DNA of 64,000 bases. Source: a virus. Its lineage: Duplodnaviria; Caudoviricetes. Numbering within the stretch: position 1 is the stretch's first letter; each line of letters begins with the position of its first letter. Under the pieces are notes generated by a model. The model saw only the letters and a list, made by a program, of their open reading frames with translations. It was not told where the DNA came from and made no database searches. Both the position numbers and the translations under genes were made by a program. The stretch is from IMG/VR virus record IMGVR_UViG_3300047561_000814, positions 40,478 through 104,477 of that record. The stretch is one strand, 5' to 3'. Of this stretch, positions 30,393 to 40,228 are shown in pieces.

Positions 30393-31234
30393 CCAGTTAA
30401 ATCTTTAAACTTGGCATTAGATGCAAGAGTTTCTTGCACCTCACCAATTCTTGACGGTATAAATTTAACATCATTTGAAATGATATTAGCAATATCAAGT
30501 ATAGAGTAATTACTTCCATACCCAATGTTATATACTTCACCAAATCCATTTTCAACCTCAGATGCAAGAATGTTTGCTTGTATTACGTCTGATATGTGAG
30601 TAAAATCTCTACGCTGAGATCCATCTCCAACTACTGTTAGTGGCTTTGATTCATGATATTGTTTTAAAAATAACCCTATTACTGGTGCATACTGTCCTTT
30701 TAATGGTTGTCTATCTCCATAAACATTAAAATATCTAAGAGATATAGTCTTTAATCCGTAAAGGTTGTAATAAACTCTTGCAAGGTTTTCACCAAAAACT
30801 TTAGCAGCAGAGTATGGAGTTAATGGATCAGGCGACTGTGTTTCTTGGTTTGGAAGCAAAGCCTTTTTCCCATAGGAAGAAGATGTGCTTGAATAGATTA
30901 GCCTATTTACCTTGTTAACCCTACAAAGTTCAAGAACATTGGCTGTTCCTACTGCGTTTGATTGAATAGATTTTTTAGGATTTAATATTGCTGGCTGTAT
31001 TCTTGCATCAGATGCTACGTGAAACACGCAGTCAACATCTTTAAAGAGTGGTGCAATTAAGTCATAGTCACAAATATCATACTTATAGTTTTGTGCTTTA
31101 TCATTCCAATAGAATTGCTCATGACATTCTGCAGACTCATCATCAATACAAATAACATTGTGACCAAGACTAATTAACTTATCAACAAGGTTTGATCCAA
31201 TAAAACCAGCACCACCAGTAACTAAATATTTCAT
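30350..31234 (-). CDS. NAD-dependent nucleotide-sugar epimerase/dehydratase
   Basis: VTGGAGFIGS, YSAAK, LRYFNVYG, RDFTH. Confidence 0.92.
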   Translation of the reverse strand: MKYLVTGGAGFIGSNLVDKLISLGHNVICIDDESAECHEQFYWNDKAQNYKYDICDYDLIAPLFKDVDCVFHVASDARIQPAILNPKKSIQSNAVGTANVLELCRVNKVNRLIYSSTSSSYGKKALLPNQETQSPDPLTPYSAAKVFGENLARVYYNLYGLKTISLRYFNVYGDRQPLKGQYAPVIGLFLKQYHESKPLTVVGDGSQRRDFTHISDVIQANILASEVENGFGEVYNIGYGSNYSILDIANIISNDVKFIPSRIGEVQETLASNAKFKDLTGWTPKISLMDWIQQ

Positions 31235-32190
31235 TTTATATTTAAGGTTTCTAATATGCTTGCCCATCTATGAACATAGGTGTGTTCTTGTTTAGTTCTT
31301 TCATGACCATTAAATCTAATTTGCTCCCGTTCAAGATTAACATTAAGATAGTGATCTATCTTATTTTTTAGATCTTCAAGATTACCGTGTTCATAGAATA
31401 CAATATCATTACCATCTTCAAAGTATTCTTCAAGTCCTGTAATGCGAGGGTAAATAGTAAAACCACCACGACCAGTACTCTCAAACAACCTATCACTAGT
31501 ATAGTAAGGATAGTTAAAGTTAATGTTTAAACTATCACCTATTGCTATCTTGCTTTTTGCATAGATACGATTAAGCGCTTCTCCACGTACAGTTCCAGTG
31601 TCACCATCTCCACCAACATGTAGGAATCTTTTACCGTATGTGTTTCTTAAAAAGTCTATTAATTCTGGACGGTATTTATGTTCATGATGATAACCTTTAC
31701 TACCAACAAAGATTATGTCATGCTCAAAGTTGTCTGGATCATAATCTTGATGTAGATAACACTCTTTATCATATACACCAGCAGGTAAGAAGTGTCCTCT
31801 AACTTCTGTATTTTCATTAAACCAATCACACATTAACTTATCTGTAGCAAAAAAGTGACCTATACTCGTGTAGAAATCATCATTCTTTAAATCTTTTTCA
31901 CGCTCAATTCCAAACCACAAATCCAAGTGATAAGTCATAGTTGGTATGCCAGCAGACTTTAATTCTTTTAGTACATCAGTCATAGATCTAGATCCTGGAG
32001 TCTGCCATCTATGTGTGTGTACCCAGATGAATAGATCAGAGTTTAATGATTTGTTTAATATTTCTGTGCTACCTGCTTTTTTTTCTTGCAGTTTTTGCAC
32101 GGTATGCCCAAGAGATTCCAAAGACTTAGCATGATGATTCTCACTACTATAAGGCACTTCAAAGTTGCCAAGAAAAACTATGTTAGCCAT
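31231..32190 (-). CDS. CgeB/Glyco_trans_1_2-like glycosyltransferase
   Basis: DIIFVGS, SDRLFES.G.G, HTY.HR. Confidence 0.8.
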   Translation of the reverse strand: MANIVFLGNFEVPYSSENHHAKSLESLGHTVQKLQEKKAGSTEILNKSLNSDLFIWVHTHRWQTPGSRSMTDVLKELKSAGIPTMTYHLDLWFGIEREKDLKNDDFYTSIGHFFATDKLMCDWFNENTEVRGHFLPAGVYDKECYLHQDYDPDNFEHDIIFVGSKGYHHEHKYRPELIDFLRNTYGKRFLHVGGDGDTGTVRGEALNRIYAKSKIAIGDSLNINFNYPYYTSDRLFESTGRGGFTIYPRITGLEEYFEDGNDIVFYEHGNLEDLKNKIDHYLNVNLEREQIRFNGHERTKQEHTYVHRWASILETLNIK

Positions 32191-32416
32191 TTATTTGTTC
32201 GTTTTCCCCTCTAGCAATAGCAGCAGATGCCTCAAAGGCTTTTTGTGTTCTACGAGATTTCAATAAACCTTTTGACTTCCAAAGTGGGATGGTTGCTTCA
32301 ATGTCTTTGGCTATCTGTTCTCTTATTTCTTTAACAGTAAAAACAACAAAGTTCCAGACATCTTCTTTTTGTTTGTCGTTAAGTTCTTCAGTCCAGTTAG
32401 TCATCTTCTTCCTCAA
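32183..32416 (-). CDS. hypothetical protein
   Basis: ORF overlapping the GT start. Confidence 0.5.
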   Translation of the reverse strand: MRKKMTNWTEELNDKQKEDVWNFVVFTVKEIREQIAKDIEATIPLWKSKGLLKSRRTQKAFEASAAIARGENEQING

Positions 32417-32519
32417 ATTCTCTTAAAGCATTGACATTTTTAAGACAGTTGTAACAATCTTTATTTATTAGTCTTTCCCCACAATATTCACAGAACATAT
32501 GTATATCATATCATGCGTG

Positions 32520-32590
32520 TAGGACTGGAAGGTAACGCTCCTTCTTCTCAGGATTAAAAGTCCTGAGCATCACTTTAATGCTTCAATCCC
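32520..32590 (-). tRNA. tRNA-Lys(TTT), atypical T-loop
   Basis: cagga-ctTTTaa-tcctg; T-arm gaagg-agcgtta-ccttc. Confidence 0.75.
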
Positions 32591-32594
32591 ATAG

Positions 32595-32667
32595 TACCCA
32601 CAGTTGGATTTGAACCAACGCTTTGTGAATTTTAAGTCCACTGCCTCTACCGCTGGGCTATATGGGT
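32595..32667 (-). tRNA. tRNA-Leu(TAA), short variable loop
   Basis: gtgga-ctTAAaa-ttcac; T-loop ttcaaat. Confidence 0.82.
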
Positions 32668-32670
32668 TTG

Positions 32671-32743
32671 CTGGTCTGGTAGGACTCGGACCTACGACTT
32701 GCGAATTAACAGTTCGCCACTCTACCAACTGAGTTACAGACCA
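32671..32743 (-). tRNA. tRNA-Asn(GTT)
   Basis: gcgaa-ctGTTaa-ttcgc. Confidence 0.9.
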
Positions 32744-32747
32744 AGAG

Positions 32748-32821
32748 TACACTAGGTAGGACTTGAACCTACGATATCCGAATTATGAGTTCGGGGCCTT
32801 AACCAACTTGGCTACTAGTGT
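32748..32821 (-). tRNA. tRNA(CAT): Met or Ile2
   Basis: ccgaa-ctCATaa-ttcgg; T-loop ttcaagt. Confidence 0.88.
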
Positions 32822-32848
32822 CTGCTGTGGTTTTTATACCTTTATGTA

Positions 32849-33247
32849 TTATTTTTCTATAGACTTACACAGTTTATCAAAATTGGTAACTGAAGAAATT
32901 TTTAAATTCATTGCAACAGTAATTGTTTCAAAATTTTTATCAGTTATTGCAATTTTTGTATTTTTTTCTGCTGTAATCCAAGAGGCAATAGTTGTTTTAA
33001 TTTTACCAGTTGTCGTTTTTTGTTTTGCAGTAAGCATTTTTATATTTAAATCTATTTCTTTTAACACATCTTGATCACTTGCTAAACCATTAGCCCAACT
33101 AGCAATCACCTTTGACTCATAACTTGTTTTAATAGTTTTACATGAAGATTTATTGCCTTTGGTATTTAATGATGTTATTGCAGCCTGTGCAGGTGCGTTT
33201 GAGATTAATAATGCAATTAATAAAGAAGTTGTAATTATTTTTTTCAT
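32849..33247 (-). CDS. secreted hypothetical protein
   Basis: Signal peptide ending AQA. Confidence 0.6.
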   Translation of the reverse strand: MKKIITTSLLIALLISNAPAQAAITSLNTKGNKSSCKTIKTSYESKVIASWANGLASDQDVLKEIDLNIKMLTAKQKTTTGKIKTTIASWITAEKNTKIAITDKNFETITVAMNLKISSVTNFDKLCKSIEK

Positions 33248-33261
33248 ATTATAAGTTTATC

Positions 33262-33453
33262 CTATTCAGATTGTTTTGTAAAGTTCTGACTATCTTTAAT
33301 AACTGGATCAAGTCTATTCCAATGACCTGCAGAACTTCCTTGATATATTTCTCCAGTTTGCCTATCTATAAGCAACCATTTATCTGGGCATTTAGTATGA
33401 ACGACTAAATCAACAGGTTTGTTAAATTCTTCAAACTCTTTTATTTTTTTCAT
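33262..33453 (-). CDS. hypothetical protein
   Basis: ORF; HTKCPDKWLLIDR motif. Confidence 0.55.
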   Translation of the reverse strand: MKKIKEFEEFNKPVDLVVHTKCPDKWLLIDRQTGEIYQGSSAGHWNRLDPVIKDSQNFTKQSE

Positions 33454-33615
33454 TTATGCTCTTTCATGTGATTGTATAAAGTTTCATACGCCATTGCTGA
33501 TCTTACCTGTATTTCTTCACTACATATCTCACAAATAACAACCCTGTTGGCCGACATATATACCAAGTATATCAAAATTTGAGCAGTATGTCAAGATAGG
33601 GTATAATAGAGTAAT

Positions 33616-33954
33616 ATGAGATTTAAACTTAAAGGTATAATCTGGGGACAATCTGCATTAATCGTAATACTTCTTTTGTCTTTGCTTTTTGTAGGGGGAG
33701 ATTTAAAACAGGCTCGTAAAATGACTCTTGACCAAAGCAATTATTGTATAAAATATACCAGTGATATTATTGCAAGCAGCCGTCTTGATTTGATAAGAGA
33801 ACAAGATGACCATGCAAGAACGGTAGACAAAGCAAACTCCGTAATAGATGACATTGTTAATAGATATAACTCACTTGTGGCACGGTATAACAAAACCACT
33901 AATGGAACCAACTACGACCCACTTAACACATACTCATATAGGATAAGACCTTGA
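33616..33954 (+). CDS. membrane-anchored coiled-coil protein
   Basis: Divergent gene with TATAAT upstream. Confidence 0.55.
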   Translation: MRFKLKGIIWGQSALIVILLLSLLFVGGDLKQARKMTLDQSNYCIKYTSDIIASSRLDLIREQDDHARTVDKANSVIDDIVNRYNSLVARYNKTTNGTNYDPLNTYSYRIRP

Positions 33955-33955
33955 C

Positions 33956-34138
33956 ATGTGTCCGCATTGCAATAATAAATTAATCCCACTATTATATGGT
34001 TTTGTAGATCCTGAATATGTGGATATGCATAAACAAGGTTTGGTATTCTTGGTATCAACTACCTATCATACAAAAAATAGTCCTACTTCATATTGTAAAA
34101 AATGTGAAAAAAGTTTTGATATCAAAGTAAAATATTAA
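33956..34138 (+). CDS. small zinc-ribbon protein
   Basis: CPHC..YG..CKKC. Confidence 0.55.
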   Translation: MCPHCNNKLIPLLYGFVDPEYVDMHKQGLVFLVSTTYHTKNSPTSYCKKCEKSFDIKVKY

Positions 34139-34140
34139 TC

Positions 34141-34860
34141 TTAATTACTTTGTTTTTTTATTTTACCCTCTTCCAAAGAAGACCAATACAAATTATAATA
34201 ATTTATATCGTAAGCAAATCTTTTCATATGTGGGACATAGGCGCCAGAATGAACGTGTAACTTTATTCCAGCCTTTTTTAAATTTCTAAAAAATGCAATA
34301 TCTTCACCAACAAAACTTTCTGTATTGTGAGCCTTTTCCGCAAATAAAGAATAGTCAGGAGAAATTTTTCTTAATGGATCAATTATTGATTTATGCATTA
34401 AAACAAACCCAAAGCCTGCGTAATCAACAACAATGACTTTATCGTTTGGAATATCGTTTACAACTTGAATTAAAAATTCATCTTCTGTTTCATTAAAAAT
34501 AACTGGCATAGGTTCCATTAATGAATGTTCGCTTTGTTTAGATATAAAATATAATCCAGATATTACTGGAACAGAGACTTTATCTGCAGAATTCCATAAT
34601 TTTTTAAAAATTTCTGGCGCTATAACTATATCGGAATCAACCCATAGAACCCAATCAGACTTTATTGTATCTGCCCAAACATCAAAAGCAACCTGTCTTT
34701 GTCTTGCAATTTGATTTCCATGGACTCTTAAACTAGAAACATTTTTAATTCCAACTGATTCCATTGCTAAGATAGTTTTTATAACTCCATCCATAAATAA
34801 TCCGTCAACACTACCATTGTCACACCAAACTATTGTTAAAGATTCATCTTTAGCATGCAT
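34141..34860 (-). CDS. GT2-like glycosyltransferase
   Basis: LWVDSD, AGFGFVL, GEDIAF. Confidence 0.75.
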   Translation of the reverse strand: MHAKDESLTIVWCDNGSVDGLFMDGVIKTILAMESVGIKNVSSLRVHGNQIARQRQVAFDVWADTIKSDWVLWVDSDIVIAPEIFKKLWNSADKVSVPVISGLYFISKQSEHSLMEPMPVIFNETEDEFLIQVVNDIPNDKVIVVDYAGFGFVLMHKSIIDPLRKISPDYSLFAEKAHNTESFVGEDIAFFRNLKKAGIKLHVHSGAYVPHMKRFAYDINYYNLYWSSLEEGKIKKQSN

Positions 34861-34966
34861 AATTATTTAAACCCCATTTTCTATCATAGAATAATTATAC
34901 CAAATTTAGGAGAAAAAAGCAAAGCGCAAAATATAAATTTCAAGTTTGGCGACGGTAAGAGATATT

Positions 34967-35007
34967 AAACCTTCCCATGCCCTAAGAGGGCACTAGTGGT
35001 TAGTATC
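34967..35007 (-). repeat. 41-bp hairpin repeat, copy 1
   Basis: 37/41 identical to 36701..36741; core tgccct-NNN-agggca. Confidence 0.8.
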
Positions 35008-35117
35008 TTCTATCTTTGCCAATATAGACAATGATATTTTTTCTCGTTCTTGCGGGGATAATTGAATACCTGTATCTATCTCTGTCATTGAAATGGCTAG
35101 ATCAACTAAATCTTTAC

Positions 35118-35342
35118 TCATAGATTTTCTTTCCAATCCACCTCATAGTATGTGCCCCATCGTTCATAAGGCTTATTAAGATAATACCAAACCTTGCTAT
35201 GGAATTTAAAACGGTATCCAAGATTGCCTTGTTCCTGTAACTCAATGGCTTTAACTAAACTACTAGTAGCAGGATAACTTAATTGGTTTGCAATCCACCT
35301 CAGCGGAAGTATCTTCGTCTTTTGATGTTTCTGGAACTCCAT
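35118..35342 (-). CDS. hypothetical protein
   Basis: ORF in a run of small genes. Confidence 0.5.
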   Translation of the reverse strand: MEFQKHQKTKILPLRWIANQLSYPATSSLVKAIELQEQGNLGYRFKFHSKVWYYLNKPYERWGTYYEVDWKENL

Positions 35343-35727
35343 TTTTAGGTATCCACACTTTCTTTCCGTCTTTGTATACAGGCCAATATCCTGCTGATCG
35401 CCAATCCATTCTCATAATCTTTGGCTCTTTAATTTTGGTCAACCTTGTATGTCATTGCAAAATAGCAAGCCAAATATCCTACAAAAAATGCGGGAATAAG
35501 AAATAAAACATTAATCATTTGTAACCTCCTTTATTATATAAGTATAACAAATTTTGGCGGGGAAGTCAAAGAACACCGTAATCCCCCTAGTATAAGACTA
35601 CTGAGAACACATAAGGCAAGTAAAGGATTTACCAGAGGCTGATATAAAGATTTTTTGGCATTTACTACATTTAATCTTATATGTATCAAAGTCTAAAGAG
35701 TTTTCAAAGTTATCTAGTGTTCCCATA

Positions 35728-36057
35728 TTAATGAAAACTATCCCCACAGGCGCATGAGCCTTGTGCATTAGGATTATCTATTGTAAAACCTTGCTTTTCT
35801 ATAGTGTCTACAAAATCTAAGTTTGACCCTTGTAGGTATGGATCTGACATTCTATCCAATCTAAGATCAAAGCCTTCAAACTTATAGATTACATCGCCTT
35901 CTTTTTCTTCATAATCAAAATAGGTTTGATATCTAAGTCCTGAACATCCTCCAGGAGAAACCGACACTCTTAAAAATTGTGGTCGTCCAGGAGTTGAAAT
36001 TTGAGACTCTGTAATTAGTTCGGCAACTTTTTTAATTGCATCTTTAGTTAGTATCAT
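35728..36057 (-). CDS. HesB/IscA/ErpA Fe-S cluster carrier
   Basis: GGCSG..NPNAQGSCACGDSF. Confidence 0.92.
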   Translation of the reverse strand: MILTKDAIKKVAELITESQISTPGRPQFLRVSVSPGGCSGLRYQTYFDYEEKEGDVIYKFEGFDLRLDRMSDPYLQGSNLDFVDTIEKQGFTIDNPNAQGSCACGDSFH

Positions 36058-36273
36058 TAAAGTTTAGAAACAATGTTGGATGCCATCTTAAGGCCCTTGA
36101 CTACACCATCATGATAGTCTTGATTCTTCATTACTTTAGCAGTATCCCAAATGCGATAAGAGGCTTTGTCTAATATCTCTGCTATTTCTTTTTTTAGCAT
36201 TATGTCGTCTAGGCTCATACATCCATCATACCAAATTTTGGCAGTAAAGTCAAGGCAAAAAATATAATCAATC

Positions 36274-36654
36274 TTATGGCCTAGAAAATGCTGACCAAAA
36301 TTTTTTCATGTCCGTAATAGTAGCAGGATCTTTTGTTGGTATCCCTGCTCTAGAATATGCTGCTCTCATTGTTGCATTATTATCAATTGCCAAATTAACT
36401 TGAGATCGCAATTTCATGCCAACTTCATATTTATATTTAGCGGTATCTGCAGAAGACCCTGGATTCATAATAAGTTTAGAATACTTAACTCCTGCTGTTC
36501 TTAATGCTGCCACAGTTTCTTTACGTTCTGACACATTTCTGCCTGTTACAATAATCAAAGACCCTGGCAAAGCGTTTACATAATCAATAACTCGGCGGAT
36601 AGGTTGAGTTCCGTTTCGCAGTAAGGTATCGTCAATATCAACTATGGTGGCCAT
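36274..36654 (-). CDS. HAD-family phosphatase (PNK-phosphatase-like)
   Basis: VDIDDTL, VTGR, IDN. Confidence 0.75.
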   Translation of the reverse strand: MATIVDIDDTLLRNGTQPIRRVIDYVNALPGSLIIVTGRNVSERKETVAALRTAGVKYSKLIMNPGSSADTAKYKYEVGMKLRSQVNLAIDNNATMRAAYSRAGIPTKDPATITDMKKFWSAFSRP

Positions 36655-36700
36655 TTGTTAATTATAGCATTTATTAAATTCGGCGCAAAATAGAACTATC

Positions 36701-36741
36701 AAACCTTCCTATGCCCTAAGAGGGCAATAGCGGTTAATATC
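36701..36741 (-). repeat. 41-bp hairpin repeat, copy 2
   Basis: 37/41 identical to 34967..35007. Confidence 0.8.
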
Positions 36742-36939
36742 ATAATTTCGGCGGGTATACAAAGGATGCCGTATTACCCCTAGTGTAATAACAAACCATA
36801 TATCCCAGACAGCCAGATATCCACCATATCCCAGATATAAAGGTTTGACCATGTGTCCAATTACGCTGGTTTGATATAGACAATATAGAGCCAGGATGAT
36901 GGTTTGAATGTGTGTGTAGTTATATTATTTTATAGAGAT

Positions 36940-37374
36940 TTATTTTATTGAAACAGATAGCATCCAGTGCCATCTTTGGTGCATGCTGATACGATCTGCA
37001 AAAAAGTTTGCAAGTCCTTGTTGTCTTTGAGCAGTTGCAATATCAAATGCATTCGTAAGTTTTATTGTAACCATATCGTTTGCCATTAAAAGATCTTTTG
37101 ACATTACTATTGGATCAGATGTAACTTCTGGTTCTCCAATTTCATTTAACTCTATAAATCTAGATAATTTAAATGGTGCGTATGTATCTAATTTTCTAAG
37201 CCATTCAGCATATGTATCTGTTGCTTGTTCGTAGTCTGCATAAATATCTCCAAAAAGTTCATGATATTGAGAAAATTCAATGCCTTCTACATTCCAATGA
37301 TACCCATGAGACTTTAGTTTAAGGGTAATATTATCTGCAAGCAGAATCTTAATTAAATTTATTAATTCTTCCAT
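36940..37374 (-). CDS. dps: Dps DNA-protection/mini-ferritin
   Basis: HGYHWNV.G..F..YHELF..Y, DTYAE, H..W.WML. Confidence 0.9.
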   Translation of the reverse strand: MEELINLIKILLADNITLKLKSHGYHWNVEGIEFSQYHELFGDIYADYEQATDTYAEWLRKLDTYAPFKLSRFIELNEIGEPEVTSDPIVMSKDLLMANDMVTIKLTNAFDIATAQRQQGLANFFADRISMHQRWHWMLSVSIK

Positions 37375-37489
37375 AAAAACAGTATATCACTTAGTTTGAT
37401 TTTTTTAGGATAATTGGGATATGAACAATCTGGAGCCAGGGCGATGGTTTTAATATGGCCTAGCCGTATCTTATGGATACCCTGAGATT

Positions 37490-38245
37490 TTATGGTTTTT
37501 GATGATCCTTAAACTTATTTCCATAGACATCCTTACCCTGCATATAATGCTTTCCAACACCATCTTTTAAAGTTGGCTCTACTTCGGCTCTATGATTACT
37601 AGCATCATGGTCTGCTTTAAGTTCTTCGTCTACTATTTCTTTGCTAAATATATTTTCAGCAAAATCAAGATTAAATTCATCACAATAGTACCTAGGAATT
37701 GGCATAAATGCAGCCAAAGGATACCCAGCAGGAATAGTTACCTTTATGTTAGGCATCTGCACTTTTAAGTTAAAGGTAAAATTTTTTCTAAGATTGTCTG
37801 TTTCTATAACCCCAGTCATAACTGTTACGTTTGGGATTACATAATTAGGTGGATTCATTGTTATTAGGTTAACCCCTGGAGGAGTCCTAAAGAAATATGG
37901 AGGATTTATGGTTAAAATACCACTGCCAAAATGACTATCTACGTTTGGGTAATAGTTTATATTGTCTACTTTTTCGTTTACATAGGTCCGTATACTAGTC
38001 TTATCATTCCCACCATCCCACTCAAAAGCAATGTCATATTCTAAAGATATCGTAAAGCCATACTGATTTCCAATAGTTAAAGGTAAACATCTATAAAAAT
38101 GTGGAGTAAACCAATCTCTTTTTTTATTAGGTTTTTTTATCATATTGAGAATTCTATCCTGTGTTAGATTTTTATTCTCGTTGTTAGGAGCAATAAATAC
38201 CGCTATGGTTTTATCTGGAACATTATTTATTCCATCATTTATCAT
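37490..38245 (-). CDS. DUF6065-like protein
   Basis: RDWF..YRCLPLTIGNQYG, PPN, GVIETD. Confidence 0.65.
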   Translation of the reverse strand: MINDGINNVPDKTIAVFIAPNNENKNLTQDRILNMIKKPNKKRDWFTPHFYRCLPLTIGNQYGFTISLEYDIAFEWDGGNDKTSIRTYVNEKVDNINYYPNVDSHFGSGILTINPPYFFRTPPGVNLITMNPPNYVIPNVTVMTGVIETDNLRKNFTFNLKVQMPNIKVTIPAGYPLAAFMPIPRYYCDEFNLDFAENIFSKEIVDEELKADHDASNHRAEVEPTLKDGVGKHYMQGKDVYGNKFKDHQKP

Positions 38246-38420
38246 TAAATTTCCTTATCTTTAAATATAGGATGTAAACACTAAGTATATCATCTACAAA
38301 TAACCCAGTAAACACAATATAAATCTTACTGATATTTTTTATATTTGGTCTAGGTGGAGGAAAGTGGAGGATAGTGGGTGATTGAGCGTTTTTATAGATG
38401 GCGTCGTAATCCTCTGGCGG

Positions 38421-38794
38421 CCAAACCTCCCATCCCCAAACCTCCAAACCTTTCTATCCCCATATCTGGCATGCATTATATACCCAAAGCAATGGTTTGT
38501 CAACTCTAAAACCCCTATAAAAACATAACAAAAAAGTTATAAAATCTTTTAAAACACCAGGAAAAAATCTAGAAAGGTTTGATAACTATAGGGAAAGTTT
38601 TGATTAGTTGTGGATTTAAATCCCCGCTTCGTAATGTCTAACAATACTATTACTCAGCGCCCCGCAGGGACGCAAAAACGGCGGGGATAAAAAGATACAC
38701 CCATATCACTAGTATAAGATACATACATACTCTGGATATAAGGTTTGAGATATAGAGGTTTGATGGTTTGAGATAGAAAGGTTTGAAGGTTTGG
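38421..38794. repeat. inverted arrays of GGTTTG, including a 23-bp inverted repeat
   Basis: CAAACC x3 (38422-38450) faces GGTTTG x5 (38742-38793); 38436-38458 vs 38772-38794 match 22/23 as an IR. Confidence 0.75.
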
Positions 38795-38928
38795 CATGAA
38801 TCTGGAAAATATTCTATGCTACGTAATCTCCCACGATCTGGGATTTTTTTGAAAGGGTTCTTAATGTCTTTCAGGAAAAAAGGATGTCCTATTTGTGGTG
38901 GTTTGATATACTTGACCCGAGTGCAGGG

Positions 38929-39195
38929 CTATGCCTGGTCGCCAAGCAACTCATCAAGACTTCCCCATTCTCTATCCTCAACACCAAGAGAAGCAATAAA
39001 TAGATTATAGGTTTCATCTATATACACAGCAGATTGCAGAGTTGGCAAAACAATTTCGTTCATTAAAAAATAAGCAAGTGGCAAACCTAGATCGTTATAC
39101 TCTACAAAATCTTGCAAGTCCTCATCATCACGATAGTTCATCCACAACTCAGCAAGAATACTTATCTTGTTGTCAAAGGTATTACCTTGTGTCAT
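38929..39195 (-). CDS. hypothetical acidic protein
   Basis: Overlapping ORF. Confidence 0.6.
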   Translation of the reverse strand: MTQGNTFDNKISILAELWMNYRDDEDLQDFVEYNDLGLPLAYFLMNEIVLPTLQSAVYIDETYNLFIASLGVEDREWGSLDELLGDQA

Positions 39196-39415
39196 GATAA
39201 ACCCCTCTATCTAATTGGTCAACCTCTTTATTATACTGCATGGCTTCTAATATTTCATTAGTCCTTGAATAAATAATGTGTGGAGATATTTTTGCCAAGT
39301 AAAATCCTATGGCTTCTAAGTCAAGGTTCAAGTCAGAAAGCAGAGTAATAATCCTGCTAGCAACCTTTTCCTCTTTACTTATTCCCAGCCTAATAGAATT
39401 ACGCATAAAACCCAT
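39182..39415 (-). CDS. hypothetical protein
   Basis: TGATACAAT 6 nt upstream of the ATG. Confidence 0.55.
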   Translation of the reverse strand: MGFMRNSIRLGISKEEKVASRIITLLSDLNLDLEAIGFYLAKISPHIIYSRTNEILEAMQYNKEVDQLDRGVYHDTR

Positions 39416-39507
39416 TTCTCCATTGTATCAAAAAGTGTGGGAAAGCACAAGCCCACCACAAACCTGTGCCTTCCCCTATCTCTAGCGAGAGGTGACCCTA
39501 CCTCCGC

Positions 39508-39879
39508 TTATGAAGCCCCCACAGTGGAAAGGACACTGCTGGGCAAATTATAACTAATAAAACTATCAATGTCTTTGTGGTCTACACCATCATGACTAAT
39601 AGTATTATCTGTAAGGTCAATTAATATTGGATGGTCCGCAAAACCTAGGTCATTAGGATTGCATGCATATATACCAAACCCTGTTTCATCCAAGATAGAG
39701 TCTTGAATCAAGTAACTGATAGCCATGCGGACGTAGTATTCATTGTCTCCGCTGCGTGGCTTAGCATGCTGCAGGGCCTGCGCTAGGTCTGAATACATAC
39801 CGTCTTCACCCCAATGGCTATACAGCGCTACGGCTAGGTCCTCTGATTGTTTAAATACAAATGTACAACGTGCTCCCAT
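39508..39879 (-). CDS. conserved phage hypothetical protein
   Basis: MGAR..LYSHWG motif; RBS. Confidence 0.65.
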   Translation of the reverse strand: MGARCTFVFKQSEDLAVALYSHWGEDGMYSDLAQALQHAKPRSGDNEYYVRMAISYLIQDSILDETGFGIYACNPNDLGFADHPILIDLTDNTISHDGVDHKDIDSFISYNLPSSVLSTVGAS

Positions 39880-40036
39880 TACTCTTCCTCATTCTTTTCT
39901 ATTAGGTTAGGTACGATGGATAATTGGTTTGCTACTTCGTTAAAAATAAACTCTTCATCTTCAGTATCAGTCTCATACACAAAGTTCATGTAATCACCTG
40001 TTGGTTCAAAGATTACTTCAATTTCCCATTTAGCCA

Positions 40037-40228
40037 TTATAAGGTCTCCTCTGATTTTATTGATTCAACTAAGTCCCACGCAATTCCTAAACCATCTGAA
40101 CCTGTTGCGGCAAAATTATCTAGGAATTCACTTTCGGCAATGTTTCTAGCGTCAATCTCATCTTGTGCGTCTTCAATACGAACAGACTTGGTGATTTGTC
40201 CTATAACTTTAATATCATAGGTTGGCAT
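40037..40228 (-). CDS. small acidic early protein
   Basis: Resembles 41068..41268 (MPxYDxKV..EAxxE). Confidence 0.55.
   Translation of the reverse strand: MPTYDIKVIGQITKSVRIEDAQDEIDARNIAESEFLDNFAATGSDGLGIAWDLVESIKSEETL

Noticed and set aside
32559-32576. cctgagcat as an eighth pseudoknot copy
   Set aside because: It is the antisense of the tRNA-Lys D/anticodon arms and has no P2 partner or A-linker.
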